Source: Vicugna vicugna (taxonomy: Eukaryota). Taken from it: a stretch of DNA of 64,000 nucleotides. Below the pieces are notes generated by a model. The model worked only from the letters and a program-made list of their open reading frames with translations, was not told the DNA's origin and ran no database searches. Below are positions 1-12,210 of the stretch, piece after piece; position 1 is the stretch's first letter; each line of letters opens with the position of its first letter. Made by a program: the position numbers and the translations under genes. The DNA lies in NCBI GenBank assembly GCA_013265495.1, contig MU057416.1, forward strand, positions 1,234,545 to 1,298,544, written 5' to 3'.

Positions 1-152
1 GACCTGGGATCAGGAAGCCTTGGATGCAATCATGTTATTTCCCTCAAAAGATAATATGTGTGCTTAGCACGGTGGGCAGAGGTAGTGACAGCACAAAAGA
101 ACATATACACTCCTGTCATTTTGTATATATTTATATATGTGTGTATGCATAT

Positions 153-330
153 ATTTTATTGAAGTACGGTCAGTTTACAGTGTTGTGTCCGTTTCTGGTG
201 TGTAGCACAGTGCTCCAGCCATGCATGGACACACTTACATTCGTTTTCGTATTCTTTTTTACTGTAAGTTACGACAAGATATTGAATATCGTTCCCTGTG
301 CTGTACAGTATGAACTTGTTGTCTTTCTTG
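153..330 (-). mobile_element. L1 3' end fragment (artiodactyl-type 3'UTR)
   Basis: TTTATTGAAGTA...TTACAGTGTTGTG...TTTCTGGTG...ATATTGAATATCGTTCCCTGTGCTGTACAGTA, the reverse complement of the typical L1 3' terminus. Confidence 0.75.
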
Positions 331-1242
331 TTCCTATTGTTTAAATGATTCCTCATTGGCAGCAGAAAAAAAAAATCCAGAAGCCTCTCAGCCACCCACA
401 ACCTGGACCCCTCCCAGGATTCGTGAAATCACCCACTGCAGGCAAACTGGCTCCATCACCATCCCTTGCACTGTCGCCACACAACCCCATCCCCCAGAAA
501 GCCCCCATCACTTTCATTCAATCCCCAGTAGACTGGTCTCTTGAAGACAGAGATCATTTTATATTTATCTGGCCTGATGCTGGATAAAATACAAACTTAT
601 AAAATACTAGGTGACTGATAGCTCCTTGAATTGATGGACCGCTCTTCTGCCTTGTAAGGCGTGGTTCAAATTCCATCACTTCCAAAGACCCGTCTCTCCT
701 ACAGGATCCCTTCCACCTTTGAACCACCCTAGCATCTGCTATCTGGACAATTCATTTAGCAAACAACCAGGAGATCCAGCTCTTTTCCTTTATTTTTGTG
801 CTGTTATTTCTGCTTTTCTTGAGCTCATGTTTTATCTCTTCAGGGACCGTGAAGTGTCTTCCCCACCACAATCTCTGAAGTCTTAAACAAGTTCCTCCAA
901 AAGCACAAGTAATACTGACCTATTTAATTTGCCAAAGTGAATCCTAACTGTGCAGAGTGTGTAATGATAGGCGACTAATACTCCTTCTTCATGAAGCCAG
1001 CTGGGCTCTTTAAAGCACCCTGAGCCTTTAGCCCTGCTTCGTTCCGCAAAAAGGCAAGCTCTTTATCTACGCTCCCTAACCCTCGTGAATGACACGTAAA
1101 ACATGACCATTAGTACTCGATTTGGAAACTGAAGTATAATTCCTGTAAACATGATTTTAAAGGAGAAGGCATTTGTCTAACTGTGCCTTCCTGACTTTCA
1201 CACGTGTTTGTATGTGTACTTGGTGTTTCGTCCTCACGTTTT

Positions 1243-1758
1243 ATGGTAGCCAGCTTCCAAGATGGCGCCCAGTGGCTCTTGCCCCCTGGTCTTCATGATC
1301 CAGGTAGTCCCTGGCCTCCTCCCACACTGGTGGGTGGACCTGCGTGACCAACAGGTTACTGCAGAAATGAAGAAGTGTGGCTTCCAAGGCCAGACCATAA
1401 ATGACACTGCAGCCCCTCTACTCGCTTAGACCATTCACTCCAGGGGAAGCCAGCTGCCATATCACAAGGATGCTCAAGCCACCCCGCAGAGGGGTCTGTG
1501 TGCCCAGGAGCTGAGGCCTCCTGCCAACAGCCAGCACCGACTTGCCCACCTTGTCAGTGAGCCACCTTGGACACAGGTCCCCCAGCCCCAGGCAAGCCTT
1601 CAGCCGACCGCCGCCCCAGCTGACATCCTGACTTCAGGTTCCTTGAGACCAGCTTCTCCCATGTCCCTGATCCACAGAAACTGTTCAACACAAGAAGTGT
1701 TACTGTTATTCAAACTGCCGAGTTCGGGGGTAATTTGTTATGTGTCATCATATGACGA
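1243..1758 (+). mobile_element. MaLR solo LTR (MLT1F/G-like)
   Basis: Starts TGGTAGCCAGCTTCCAAGATGG; internal GGGGAAGCCAGCTGCCAT and GAGCTGAGGCCTCCTGCCAACAGCC; ends GGGGTAATTTGTTATG, all MLT1 hallmarks. Confidence 0.75.
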
Positions 1759-2429
1759 AGGCACCTTCACTTGGAAAACTGTGCTTGATGTTAATAATTA
1801 AAAAGAGGGCTTCCGTGACAAGCCGGGCTATCGCGAGTGCAGGTCGAATGACTAGACTACGTGTGGGAGAAGCAGCCTAGGGAGAAGTGAGTTTCCTGCA
1901 GTGAAAAGAATTCAGCGACCTTACAAAGACAGAGAAAACATTACAAAACTTAATCCCCCCCAAAAAATCAGTATCGAAGGTCTCCTTATTTCAGGCCTTA
2001 CTGATTTCTTGGGTTTATGGACGGGTCCAGGATACAGATCACATCACGACGTGTAATGAAAGGAAGGTGCTGGGGTCTCTGGTCACCCTCCTTGTCCAGC
2101 CTGGAGTCATCCTCATCCAAACTGCTATGTAAGAGCTGCCAGCGAGTCTCCCCACAGCCTCTCTGTCCCCTTTGTGGTCGAACTGAAGCCAGAACTGTCT
2201 TCCTAATGTTCAAATCATATGATGTCACCATTGCTTGAAAAATCCTGAGATGAAATGCAAGGTCGAGAGCTCAGCCTGGGGGACTCCGTGTTGGCCCTGC
2301 CCGCTTTCTGTGCCCCCAGCCATGCCTGCCCTCCTGAAGGCCTCCAGCGTGCCATGCCCCCCCAGGCCTCTGCGCACACCGACCCTCTGTCTGGTACTTG
2401 CCTCGAGTCTCACCCCTACCCCGCAGCAC

Positions 2430-2800
2430 GTCTCCCCGCCGCCGCCCTTGACTCCCCGTCCTCGTCCTTCGAATCTCCACGCCAGGGTCAGTCCCCCAGG
2501 GAGCCCTTGACTGATGCCCTGGTCCAGGCAGGGTCCTGGGTCACATGCAAGCGGGGGCCTCCGCCTTTCCCCCCAGCCTGGGCCGAGGGTGCAGTTACCT
2601 GATTCGCTGTCTCCCACCACCGGGAGCAGAGCCGCCCCTGCTGTGTTTGTGCACAAAGTGCCAGCTGCAGTGAAAGCCGGCCGGGGCCCTGCCGGCCGCG
2701 CTGCGCCCAGGTCTGCCTCACACCGCTCCGGTCCCCCGGCTGCGGGGCAGGGGGCGGGCCGAACCCTCCGTGAGAACTGAGGCGGCTTCTGACTTGAGTT
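2430..2800 (-). promoter_or_regulatory. Small CpG-rich promoter-like patch with GC box
   Basis: Locally CpG-dense; GGGGCGGGCC at 2751-2760; lies directly upstream (minus sense) of a good splice donor at 2598. Confidence 0.5.
2599..2720 (-). other. Candidate alternative non-coding first exon (5' end approximate)
   Basis: Minus strand ...GAATCAG|gtaact donor at 2599/2598 within a CpG patch. Confidence 0.4.
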
Positions 2801-3337
2801 GCCCTTGAAGTTCCAACGGTCAGCACACGGACGACACTCGAGAAACTGGTTTAATTAGTTAACTTGTCAATAAAGGGCATTTCAGTCAGAACCTGCCTTA
2901 ATTTGCGGGCTATGAAAACGCTCCCTGCCCATGAGCACCACCCCTCACGCCACCCTAACTCCCCTATCCTAGCGTCATCTCTCGAGAGTCCTCCCACCGC
3001 AAGCAGGAAAACGAGCTAAGTGAGTAACATCTTAACGTGAGTTCATGTACCCAGAATTTGAGAGGCAATTGCTCTACAAGCCCCCAGTAAAATAAGACAA
3101 GTAGCAGATGAGAGGTAAAGGGGAGAAGGTTCCAGAAACTTCCCGTTTTCCCCCAGGCTCTGCCCTCTTTCTCTGACAAGACGTAGTTACAATAGATCAT
3201 AAGACACAATCCCCTTCCACTGTCAGATGGAAGGGCTACTTGACATTAATTAATTTTCTACCATCAGCTGGACCAAGACCCCAGTTCACAGCCACACTCT
3301 TTTTCCCGTTCTGACTTTTTCAAAACATGCTTTCTAC

Positions 3338-3600
3338 CAGGGTCAACCTAGGTTTGGGGGCCTGAAGCTGATACAGTTTCGGAGACCTTGTTTAAGAAAA
3401 TATATAAAAGCACAAATCCAAAATGCCTGTGATTATTCTGAACTCGAAACACCCACAGCTACTCCAACATCAGCCAACGTGAGAAGTGAGAAAGTGGTCA
3501 TGGCTAAAATTTCTCACTTTTTCTGATTTTGTACAAAAATATGACTGAATGAGTGAAAATGTAATCACACACGACCCTGTGACACCCTGCATTCCTGCAG
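3338..3600 (+). mobile_element. hAT-Tip100 (Arthur1-like) DNA transposon relic
   Basis: CAGGG...GGGGCCTGAAGCTGATACAGTTT...TTTAAGAAAA resembles the remembered Arthur1 left end; degraded. Confidence 0.4.
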
Positions 3601-3610
3601 AAAGGGCCGT

Positions 3611-3703
3611 TTCTTTTTCTTTTTTGTATGGAGGTGCTGGGGATTGAACCCAGGACCTCGTGCATGCTGAGCACGCGCTCTACACTGAGCTACACCCTCC
3701 CCC
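3611..3703 (-). mobile_element. tRNA-Ala-derived camelid SINE (Vic-1-like)
   Basis: Reverse complement GGGGAGGGTGTAGCTCAGTG-TAGAGCGCGTGCTCAGCATGCACGAGGTCCTGGGTTCAATCCCCAGCACCTCC plus A-rich tail; Pol III A and B boxes. Confidence 0.9.
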
Positions 3704-5157
3704 CTCCCCTGCGAGTCTTATTTCACGTGGATGTGTCAGCTGTCTCCCCAGGCCATGGCCTGTCAGTGTCAGGGACTGCCTCTGCTGCCTTTAGCCCTGT
3801 GACACCGCATCTCTGAATCTTCTCACCCACGAGAGTGGTCTCCACTGTCTGTCAATCCACCAATGAACGTACGGCCTTTGGTTTCAGTCGCTGTTATGGG
3901 AACACCCCACGGGGTGGGCTCTGTCCTTGGTCCTGGGGATACAGGCAAGAATGCGTGAGACCAGGTCAAGGCTTTCCACTAGGGGTTCTGGGTGGAAGAC
4001 AAAAATAAAGGTGGAAGACCAAAAAAAGAGATCAATAGAAACTTATCTGTTTTCATTGAAAACAGAAAAAAGATTTTAAAAATACCAAAAAGCCAAAAAC
4101 AAAAACAGATCAATAAGCAATCAATTGTCAGGGAGTGAAAAGACAAAGAGCAGGGAGAGGCGGGAAGGAGGGCCGGGGGAGAAGGTGGCATCTCAGGTAA
4201 GACCTCCGAAGCGGCCCTTCAAGGCTGGTCAACGTCATCTCTTCGGGTAGAAGCCTCCAGGCAGCAGCCAGCCGGTTGGAGGAGCAGGAGGAAGGCCAGG
4301 GCGGCCCCCCAGGGGTCGGGGCTTCAGGGACCAGAATGCGGGGCTCGATTTGACTCCAAGTGCAGTGGGGAGCCTTTGAAGGGAGCTAAGGAAAATGGTG
4401 ACATGATGCGACCTGCACGTGTGAATAATGGCTCTGACTACCATGTAAAGGATGGCTCTGCAGTGGGAGCCAGTGTGGAGCATGGAATCAGGGAGGAGGT
4501 TGTTCAGTAGGAGGAAGGGGCCGAGTCTGGCTTTTGGTCCCCAGCGAGGCCACCCTCCCTCAACCACGGGTCAGGCTTTGGGCAGGACCCCAAGAAAATA
4601 AGATAGCTGCCGAGCTCTCCCAGATCTGCTTCCCAGATGGCTGTTCTGGATGCTGCCTATTCAGGAGAGGGAGGGGGAGAGAGGAAGGGAGCAGGGGAGG
4701 AGTAATACCCCAAAACTGAAGGCACAAAATCCACAGGGACCGCCCAACCCAGCTCTGGAGTCCGGCAGACGCAGGCTTGAATCCCAGCCACATAACCTGC
4801 CCGGACGGCTCTGGACCTCAGTCTCCCGATCTCCGGAACCGGGATCACAGGACCCGACAATGTTTCAGTGGGGATTCCACGAGGTCACAGCTTCTCACCA
4901 GGCAGAGCAGAGGCGCGTTCCTCCCTGAACCTGGGAAAGCCTGGCCCCGGGCACGGATTCTAAGGCAGTGGCAGCCGGAGCAGACGTCTCCCTAACCTTT
5001 GCGCACAGCTCCGCCCCGCCCGTCCTGGGAAAGCCTTTGAAGCCCATCCAATCGTACAGAGCTGCTTTGTGGGCACGATGTCTCTGAGACGTTCCGTTGT
5101 GTTCTGGTCCAAGATCGTTTGCCATTCTCCTGTCCCTAATACACAGGTCCCTGTGTG

Positions 5158-5344
5158 TTGATCTAACCAATTGGTAGTGTTTCGAGTAATACATCATGCG
5201 GCCAATGGCGCCATAACGACATATAACATTAATACATCATCAGAGCCACGGCACTGTTATGATGTATGGCTTTAATACATCACTGGAGTGCCAGGGTCCT
5301 AATGATGTATTACTCAGAACCATAGCAACAGCCAGAAAGATCAA
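5158..5344. repeat. Imperfect ~187-bp palindrome, probable ancient MITE-like DNA element
   Basis: GAGTAATACATCAT (5184-5197) pairs perfectly with ATGATGTATTACTC (5302-5315); outer TTGATCT/AGATCAA; centre CAGAGCC-AC-GGCACTG. Confidence 0.8.
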
Positions 5345-6204
5345 GATAAGTTCTGTATTTTTTAAAAACTTATTCTCAGTAAATACAATTCCTTAAGTTT
5401 CCACAATAAAAATAATGTGTTCCGAGGAAATACAGAGATGCAAGTTCTCCTGATCAGTATCAAGATGCTTCCTTGGTCGGTCTCCTCCCACTGCCTACTC
5501 TGCACCCTGCCCCTCGGTTCATTTCTAAATACCGTGTCCGAGTCTCAGAAAAATAATACTGGACGGACAACTAAGTTTTCTCGGGACCCCACTTAAACAT
5601 CACAATGAAACGTCTGTAGAGCAGGTGTTTTCCTAGTGGAAGTTCAAGCATTTCCCACCAGACTCTCCAGAGGCTCCTAGACTGGGTCGGGGCAGAGACG
5701 TCCTTCAGTCGACTTACAGGCACGCTTGCCTCACACAGCCCGACGTCTGGCCCGCCTCCCTGTCTTCCCGCGCGCGGCCGTCATGGGAGTGGATTTACAC
5801 ACACTCGCGGAAGATGTGGGTCCTCCCGGAGAGATCGCCAGTGTGTCAGAGGGGTTTAAGTCCACGTCTCGAGCCTCCCAGCTGGCAGTCTGGGGCCAAC
5901 TCTATCTGAAGCCCAGGGAGAATCAGCGAAGCAATGAAGGTCGTGTAACTGTAGCCACTGCGGCTGTAGGTCCGCCACTCACAGGGAAATCTTCTAACCC
6001 AGATCCTCACAGCAAACCTCAAAGGCCTCACGAGGCCCCCTCACTCGGGGACGGCCCCGGGAGCAAACATGCACTTAGTGTGCACGCATGCACACACTTG
6101 CACACAAGTACACATGCACACGTGCACACACACACACAATATTCTCTACTTTCAAATAATTAGGCAAAAGTTATAAAATTAAATCAAGGCTATATGTCTA
6201 TTCA

Positions 6205-6456
6205 TTTTTTGTTTTTGTTTTTTAATTGAAGTATAGTCGGCTTACAATGTGTTAGTTTCTGGTGCACAGCACAGTCATTCAGTTCTGTATATATTCCTTT
6301 TCATGTGCTTTTTCATTCTAGGTGACTACAGGGTATTGAATACAGTTCCCTGTGCTGTACAGCAGGTCCCTGCTGTTTATATAATTTATACAGAGTAGTG
6401 TGTATCTGCTAATCCCAAAAGTGGGGGTGGGGGATAAATTGGGGATTTGGAATTCA
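6205..6456 (-). mobile_element. L1 3' end with short inverted 5' piece
   Basis: T-rich tail then TTGAAGTATAGTC...TTCCCTGTGCTGTACAG...CTGCTAATCCCAAA on minus, followed by GGGGATAAATTGGGGATTTGG on plus. Confidence 0.75.
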
Positions 6457-7571
6457 AGTTTTAGAATCTGATTAAGAAACTCCAGCATGGCTGTCGTTTA
6501 GAGAGGGCTTAGCCTAGTTCTGCGCAGAGGTGGGAGCACATTCCTGAAGCTTCTCAATAGACTTTTACACGCTTCACGTTTGTCACGTGGTGAAAGTTAG
6601 AAGCACCCCCTGCAGCCTCCCGACCTCCCCGTGGCGGGGCTGGCCCTCCTCCTGGCGGGGCTGGGACCCCTCGGAGCCCCTGGCAGGGAAGCCTGTCCCC
6701 TGCGTGCGCCTGGCTTGGGAATCGAACTGTCTCCATCTGGGCTGGAGGGCTGCGGGGCCGGCCGTGGGGGGGAAGCCGAGGGAGAAATGATGACACAGCA
6801 CCTCCTCTTCCTGCCACGAACTCGTGATGGGTTCAATCTCAATCAACAGATAGAGCATGAACACGCCTGGAGAACAGACAGGAAGATTCTCACCCAGAAA
6901 GGACAGAGCGACACAGACCCTCAGCTCGGAAGCATGCGGCTTGTGGCGGTGCAGACGGGGGACCCTCCTGGGTGTTTTTACTGTTTGCTCTCGGAGGTAA
7001 CTGGAGAAAGGGAGGCTGGCTGCTTGCCAGCCACACTGAACAGAGCCCAAGGGGCCTGGGAGACTGGGGTCCAGTCCCTGGTTTTCCAGAGGAGGCGCAG
7101 GAAGTGCCCAGGTGCCCGCGGTTCCGGAGCACCCTGGGAGGCAGCCACTCACTACTACCACCCGCAGCGCTCAGATAGGAGGGAACGCCTTTCTCTGCCC
7201 AGAATGACCATCCCCCTCATCTTAAGTACTTGGCCCAAGTCCCACTATTCCTCTGAAAGCCAAGCCCAAGTCCCACCTCCTCCAGGAAGCCTTCCTGACT
7301 TCCCCCAGCCTGTGGCGATTCCCCCCGAGGCTGACTGTCTCTGAGCTTTTATAAGTGCTGCTTTGTGTTGACACTCGCCCTTTCAACTTCAGGAACTTCA
7401 GAAAGAGCACCCATCATCAAGGACCCATGAATCTGCTCTGGGCAGGGTTGGTAGTGGTGGGGAGGGTGTGGACGGGGGAGCAGACCCCCCACGGGCTCTG
7501 CGCTTCTCTTGAAAGCGCCGTTCTCAAAGCCTCTGCCTGCTGCAGGGTGTCCATAAAGGCGGGGAACAGAT

Positions 7572-8298
7572 AATGTTATACGATCTTTGTTTTTTTTTTA
7601 ACATTTTTTATTGATTTATAATCATTTTACAATGTTGTGTCAAATTCCAGTGTTAAGCACAATTTTTCATTCATGGACATACACACACTCATTGTCACTT
7701 TTTTTCCTCTGTGAGTTATCATAACATTTTGTGTACATTTCCCTGTGCTATACAGTGTAATCTTGTTTATCTATTCTACAATTTTGAAATCCCAGTCTAT
7801 CCCTTCCCACCCTCCACCTCCCTGGCAACCACAAGTCTGTATTCTCTGTCTGTGAGTCTATTTCTGTCCTGTATTTACACTTTGTTTTTGTTTGTTTGTT
7901 TTTGTTTTTTAGATTCCACATATGAGCGATCTCATATGGTATTTTTCTTTCTCTTTCTGGCTTACTTCACATAGAATGAAATAAAAATAAAAGCAAGAAT
8001 AAACAAATGGGACCTAATGAAACTTACAGGCTTCTGCACAGCAAAGGAAACCAGAAGTAAAACAAGAAGACAACCTACGGAATGGGAGAAAATTTTTGCA
8101 AATGAAACCGACAAAGGCTTGATCTCCAGAATATATAAGCAGCTCATACGACTCAAGAAAAAAATAAACAACCCAATCCAAAAATGGGCAGAAGACCTAA
8201 ACAAGCAATTCTCCAAGGAAGACATACAAATGATCAAAAGGCACATGAAAAAATGCTCAATATCACTAACTATCAGAGAAATGTTATATGATCTTTGT
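7572..8298 (-). mobile_element. Young L1 insertion with 5' inversion (twin priming) and 19-bp TSD
   Basis: TSD AATGTTATA(C/T)GATCTTTGT at 7572-7590 and 8280-8298; poly-T plus 3'UTR on minus to ~7978, then a plus-strand ORF2 fragment (FCTAKET...[12 protein letters not shown]...[17 protein letters not shown]). Confidence 0.93.
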
Positions 8299-8696
8299 AA
8301 ACACTGAACATATTCTTAATGCCATTCTGCACGTTCGCCTGCTTCCTGCTTTATGGACAACTTGACGATGTGGGGTATTTGCAAAGAGGAAGGAAATTCT
8401 GCTGCAGGTCCCTTAAATCAGGGTGCAAAGTAAGGCTTCTGTGCCCTTTTCACCCTTATACCATAATCGCCCTTCTAAGGTTTTAAGCTGAACTGGCACA
8501 GTATCATTTTTAAGTAGAGTTGAACATATGAAGAGACACGTAGAGACAGAGGCAACCTGCAGTTTCTCTACCAGAAGGAGTAGTTTGAAACCCACACAAA
8601 TAAACACTATACAGTCCTTGTTAATTTTTGTCCAGATCCTTCAAAGAAAATTAGAAGTGATGGCTGTATCAGAATTCTTATTAAGAAACAGACATT

Positions 8697-8812
8697 GGAG
8701 GCTGTAGTGGAGTGCGCGCACACAAGGTCCTGGGTTCAATCCCCAGTGCCTCCAAAAAATTAATTAAGAAATAAATAAATAAATGTAATTACCTCTTCCC
8801 CCCAAACAAACA
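8697..8812 (+). mobile_element. Degenerate Vic-1-like SINE
   Basis: AGGTCCTGGGTTCAATCCCCAGTGCCTCC plus AAATAAATAAATGTAATTACCTC..CCCC tail. Confidence 0.8.
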
Positions 8813-9119
8813 GATTTTATTATACAGTTTCCAGGGAGTCTTGTCTTTAATTGTTTCAAGTAAACAAAAGTTGCTCACACTCACCCAAAGAAAACTCTTA
8901 ATTCTTACTAACTTTTCCCCAAAACCATTTGGAGAGCTCCACTGGGAATCAGCTAAATTTTTAGGACATGAGAAAAGGCACATTCATTGCAAAGTATCCG
9001 TCGTTCAAATTGGTAAGACATGTCTTTCTGCGAGGACACCTTGGGAAAAGATCTGCTAGCTACTCAGTTACAACAGTCCGTGCATTAGTAGAAGACTAAA
9101 TTCCACGGTTTATCACGTC

Positions 9120-9320
9120 GATCCGAGAACAGGGTCCTGGTTACCAGGGGGGACGGGGCAGGGGGGAGGGCGAAACCAGTCAACTGTATGGCGGGAGGGA
9201 GCTAGGTTGCCAGTGTGAGCAGGTTGCAGAGCAAACAGAAGCAGAACCATCATGGTGGACACGTGAAACTTACATGGTATTACAAACAAATGTCACTTCA
9301 GTAAAAAACAAATTAGAAAC
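9120..9320 (+). mobile_element. Old L1 3' end fragment
   Basis: GAACAG..TGGTTACCAGGGG...GTGAAACTTACATGGTATTACAAAC...CTTCAGTAAAAAA. Confidence 0.55.
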
Positions 9321-10929
9321 AAACACACTTGTCTCCCGGTTTACCAGCCCAGCAAGACACACAGGGAATCGGTCCCACTAAATCTCGCTCCATGACCATG
9401 CCGAACATACCCCCTCCTCCCTCGGGGGGTTTGGACGCTCAGCCTCAGCCACATGAAGACCGAGCTTCCCGTCAGGGTCCGGATGCTCTGCTTCTGCTTT
9501 GCATACAACGAACTGATTCCCTTACTTCTTCACTTCCAAGAGATCGTGTGTGTGTGCACGCACGTGTGTCGGGCAGGCACCACCAGCTGGACTCACACTT
9601 CCGCAAGCTCCCGCGGTGCCCCGTTGAATGGAACACAGTGAGGGCCACGTGACACTCCTGAAGCCAACACCTCTCCCCAAGAGAGAGTGCGCCAGGCGTT
9701 CTGCGTTTCCCCAGCAACTCCGGTCTCCTCTTGACCTTCCTTCCTGCTGGTGCTACATCCTTTGTTACCAAGATAACTTGTTTATAAAAGCGCTTGTACC
9801 AGTTACTGAAAACCAGTGACACATGCTGTACCTGGGGCGGGCTGCAAAAGCCAAGGCCAGAATCACTCAAGACACGAGAGACGCTCCTTTCTGACTCTTA
9901 AGATCCACTGCCAAGGGGCTTTGAACTTACAAAGCTGCCATCTGGAGGCAGGAATTCCCCCAGCATAAAATGTCACTCTGAAAACTACAGATACTTTGCA
10001 TTTCTTTTCTCTTTATGTTTTCCATCTTTCAGAAGAGTATACCCTTCTATTTCAGAAGTTTTAAAATGTGTTTGTGTGTTCGTGCTTGGACATCGACCAA
10101 ACTGCTCGTGACGGTCCTTTCGCAAAAGTGCACGAGTGGGGAAGCCTCACGTGGTGCTCCAGTGACGCCTCGACTTTAAGGAACGTTCTCGTGCATGGCT
10201 TTACCGAGGACAGTCGGCACATCCTGCCAACGCCCCGCTCACTGCTTGCTGTGTCTCCACCGCACGGTCTTACCCAAACAAGCCACTCTCCCGGGACCCC
10301 CAACCCTCACCGTGGTGAGTTCCTGCACCTGGGCCCCTCTTTCCATTCCTTGCCTGGACCACCACCACGTGCCCCTCATCTCGAATGAGGCTTCCCTCCC
10401 CCAGAAAGCCTCCTGTCACTAGGAGATGCCTTTCTCCATGTCCCCGTGGCCCCTGCACGTGCCCTCAGCAGACACGCATCATGCAGCATTGCATGCGTGC
10501 CGCACGCCCTGCCAAGACCGAGTTACTGGGAACACGACCCCACCTCTCTCGTCTCTGCACACCGGCTTCGCCTGACCATACTTCACCCAGCGGAGGTACT
10601 CATGGCATCTTCTTGGGACAAGTCGGTGAACGTGGCCTCGAACTGTCTAAACTAACTGTTTCTGCGATGTACCAAAAGCAGTGGGGCTACATTCTGCACA
10701 AAAAGCCGGGCGTGGACTCAGCCCTGCCCCTCTCGTCCGCTGCCCTCTCTCCTGGCCTTCAAAGGGCTCGGCTCCCCTTGGAACTCGAGGGGGAACCTGC
10801 CTCTTTCCTCCAAGAGCATCCAATACCCTTGAGACCCACAAGGCTCAGGAAAATTCAGCCACACTGAGCCTCAGACTAGTAACGGCACAGTGAACCAGCC
10901 CACACCAGGGTGAGTGACACTGCACAACT

Positions 10930-11035
10930 GGGCTGGGATCCAGGCTCACTGTGTGACCTCGCCCAAGTTCCTCACCCTCTCTGAGATTCCACTTTCCAGC
11001 TGTTACACGCTAATGGAATAATGTTATCTCAGGGT
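10930..11035 (+). mobile_element. MIR fragment
   Basis: CACTGTGTGACCTCGCCCAAGTTCCTCACCCTCTCTGAG...AATGGAATAAT MIR core. Confidence 0.55.
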
Positions 11036-11964
11036 TGCCGGCAGGGCTGGACGAGCAAGGGGACGAACCGCTCAGCGGAGAGGAAAGGCCCTGTCACTGT
11101 TGGCCATGGTCGTTGTTACTGCCGTTCACAAGTAGAAGCGGTCGCTGCAGACAAACACTGCAGGTAGAGCACTGGGCTCAGAAGTTTCCGTTATGCGCAA
11201 CCATTTGCAGAAGAGCCGCCAGAGAAAAACTCCAGCTCTGCGGCTCAGGTGGCTGCCTGCTGGTTCTTTGCCGTCTGCTCCTTTTTCAGGAACCCCTTTG
11301 AATCTGGGGGTTGTACAAGCCAATATGGCCTGGTATGAGCAACATGTTATCGCTTCTCTAAAAGGAATTATATTGTGTATCCGCAGGATGGGACTCACCG
11401 CTCTTGGGCTATAATTAGTCCGTGTCTATTAAATAGCAGTTGCTCAACTTCCTAGTAATTTACCGGCATCTGAAATTACAAGGTTGCTTTTTGACAGGGT
11501 TTCTGCCTGCGTCATTTTAACCTCCCAGCCTCACTGAGGTGTGGGTCTCCTAAGCCAGGACGAGCCACTTGTTGCATAGCCGAGGAGAGATGCTGAAATC
11601 ATCCAGCCAGCTCCACCCTAAATTTCACCACCAAGGGAGAAAACGTTCACGGGGCAACTGAGAAAGGGCTCAGGCAAAGGAACGCACGTGGAATTCACTC
11701 TAAAGGTCTATGTTTCCCATCCCTCTGCAGAAACACAGCGGTAAGAAATATCATTTGTGCACATGTGATACTCCACGACGTTCAATTGATTATAAACGGA
11801 TGGATTGGGCGGTGTGCTCGGTCAAGCAAGGAAATTTAAATCCATGACATGCGCTCCCCAAAGGTCTTTAAATAGATCATCACTTTTTAATAATAAGGAA
11901 AGAGGAAAGCTTGGATGGTACCCTTTCCAATGCTACTGCAAGACAGACTTTAAAAATCTTAAAT

Positions 11965-12210
11965 TAAGTGGGCATGGGAAGGGGTAAATCGGGAACTCGA
12001 GCTCTCAAATATGACTACTATACACAACACAGATTAAAAACAAGTTCATACTGTACAGCACAGGAAACTACATTCAGTGTCTTACAGTAACCCACAGTGA
12101 CAAAGAATATGAAAACAAATACATGTATGTTCATGTGGGACTGAAGCATCGTGCTGTCCACCAGAAGGTGCTACAACATGGTAAACCAACTGTACTTCAA
12201 TAAACAGAAA
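11965..12210 (+). mobile_element. L1 3' end fragment
   Basis: CTGTACAGCACAGGAAACTACATTCAG...AAAGAATATGAAAAC...GTAAACCAACTGTACTTCAATAAA. Confidence 0.75.

Noticed and set aside
6786..6900. C/D box snoRNA (ATGATGA)
   Set aside because: No appropriately spaced D box with a terminal stem
8017..8307. 96-aa ORF as a gene
   Set aside because: L1 ORF2 fragment inside the inverted L1
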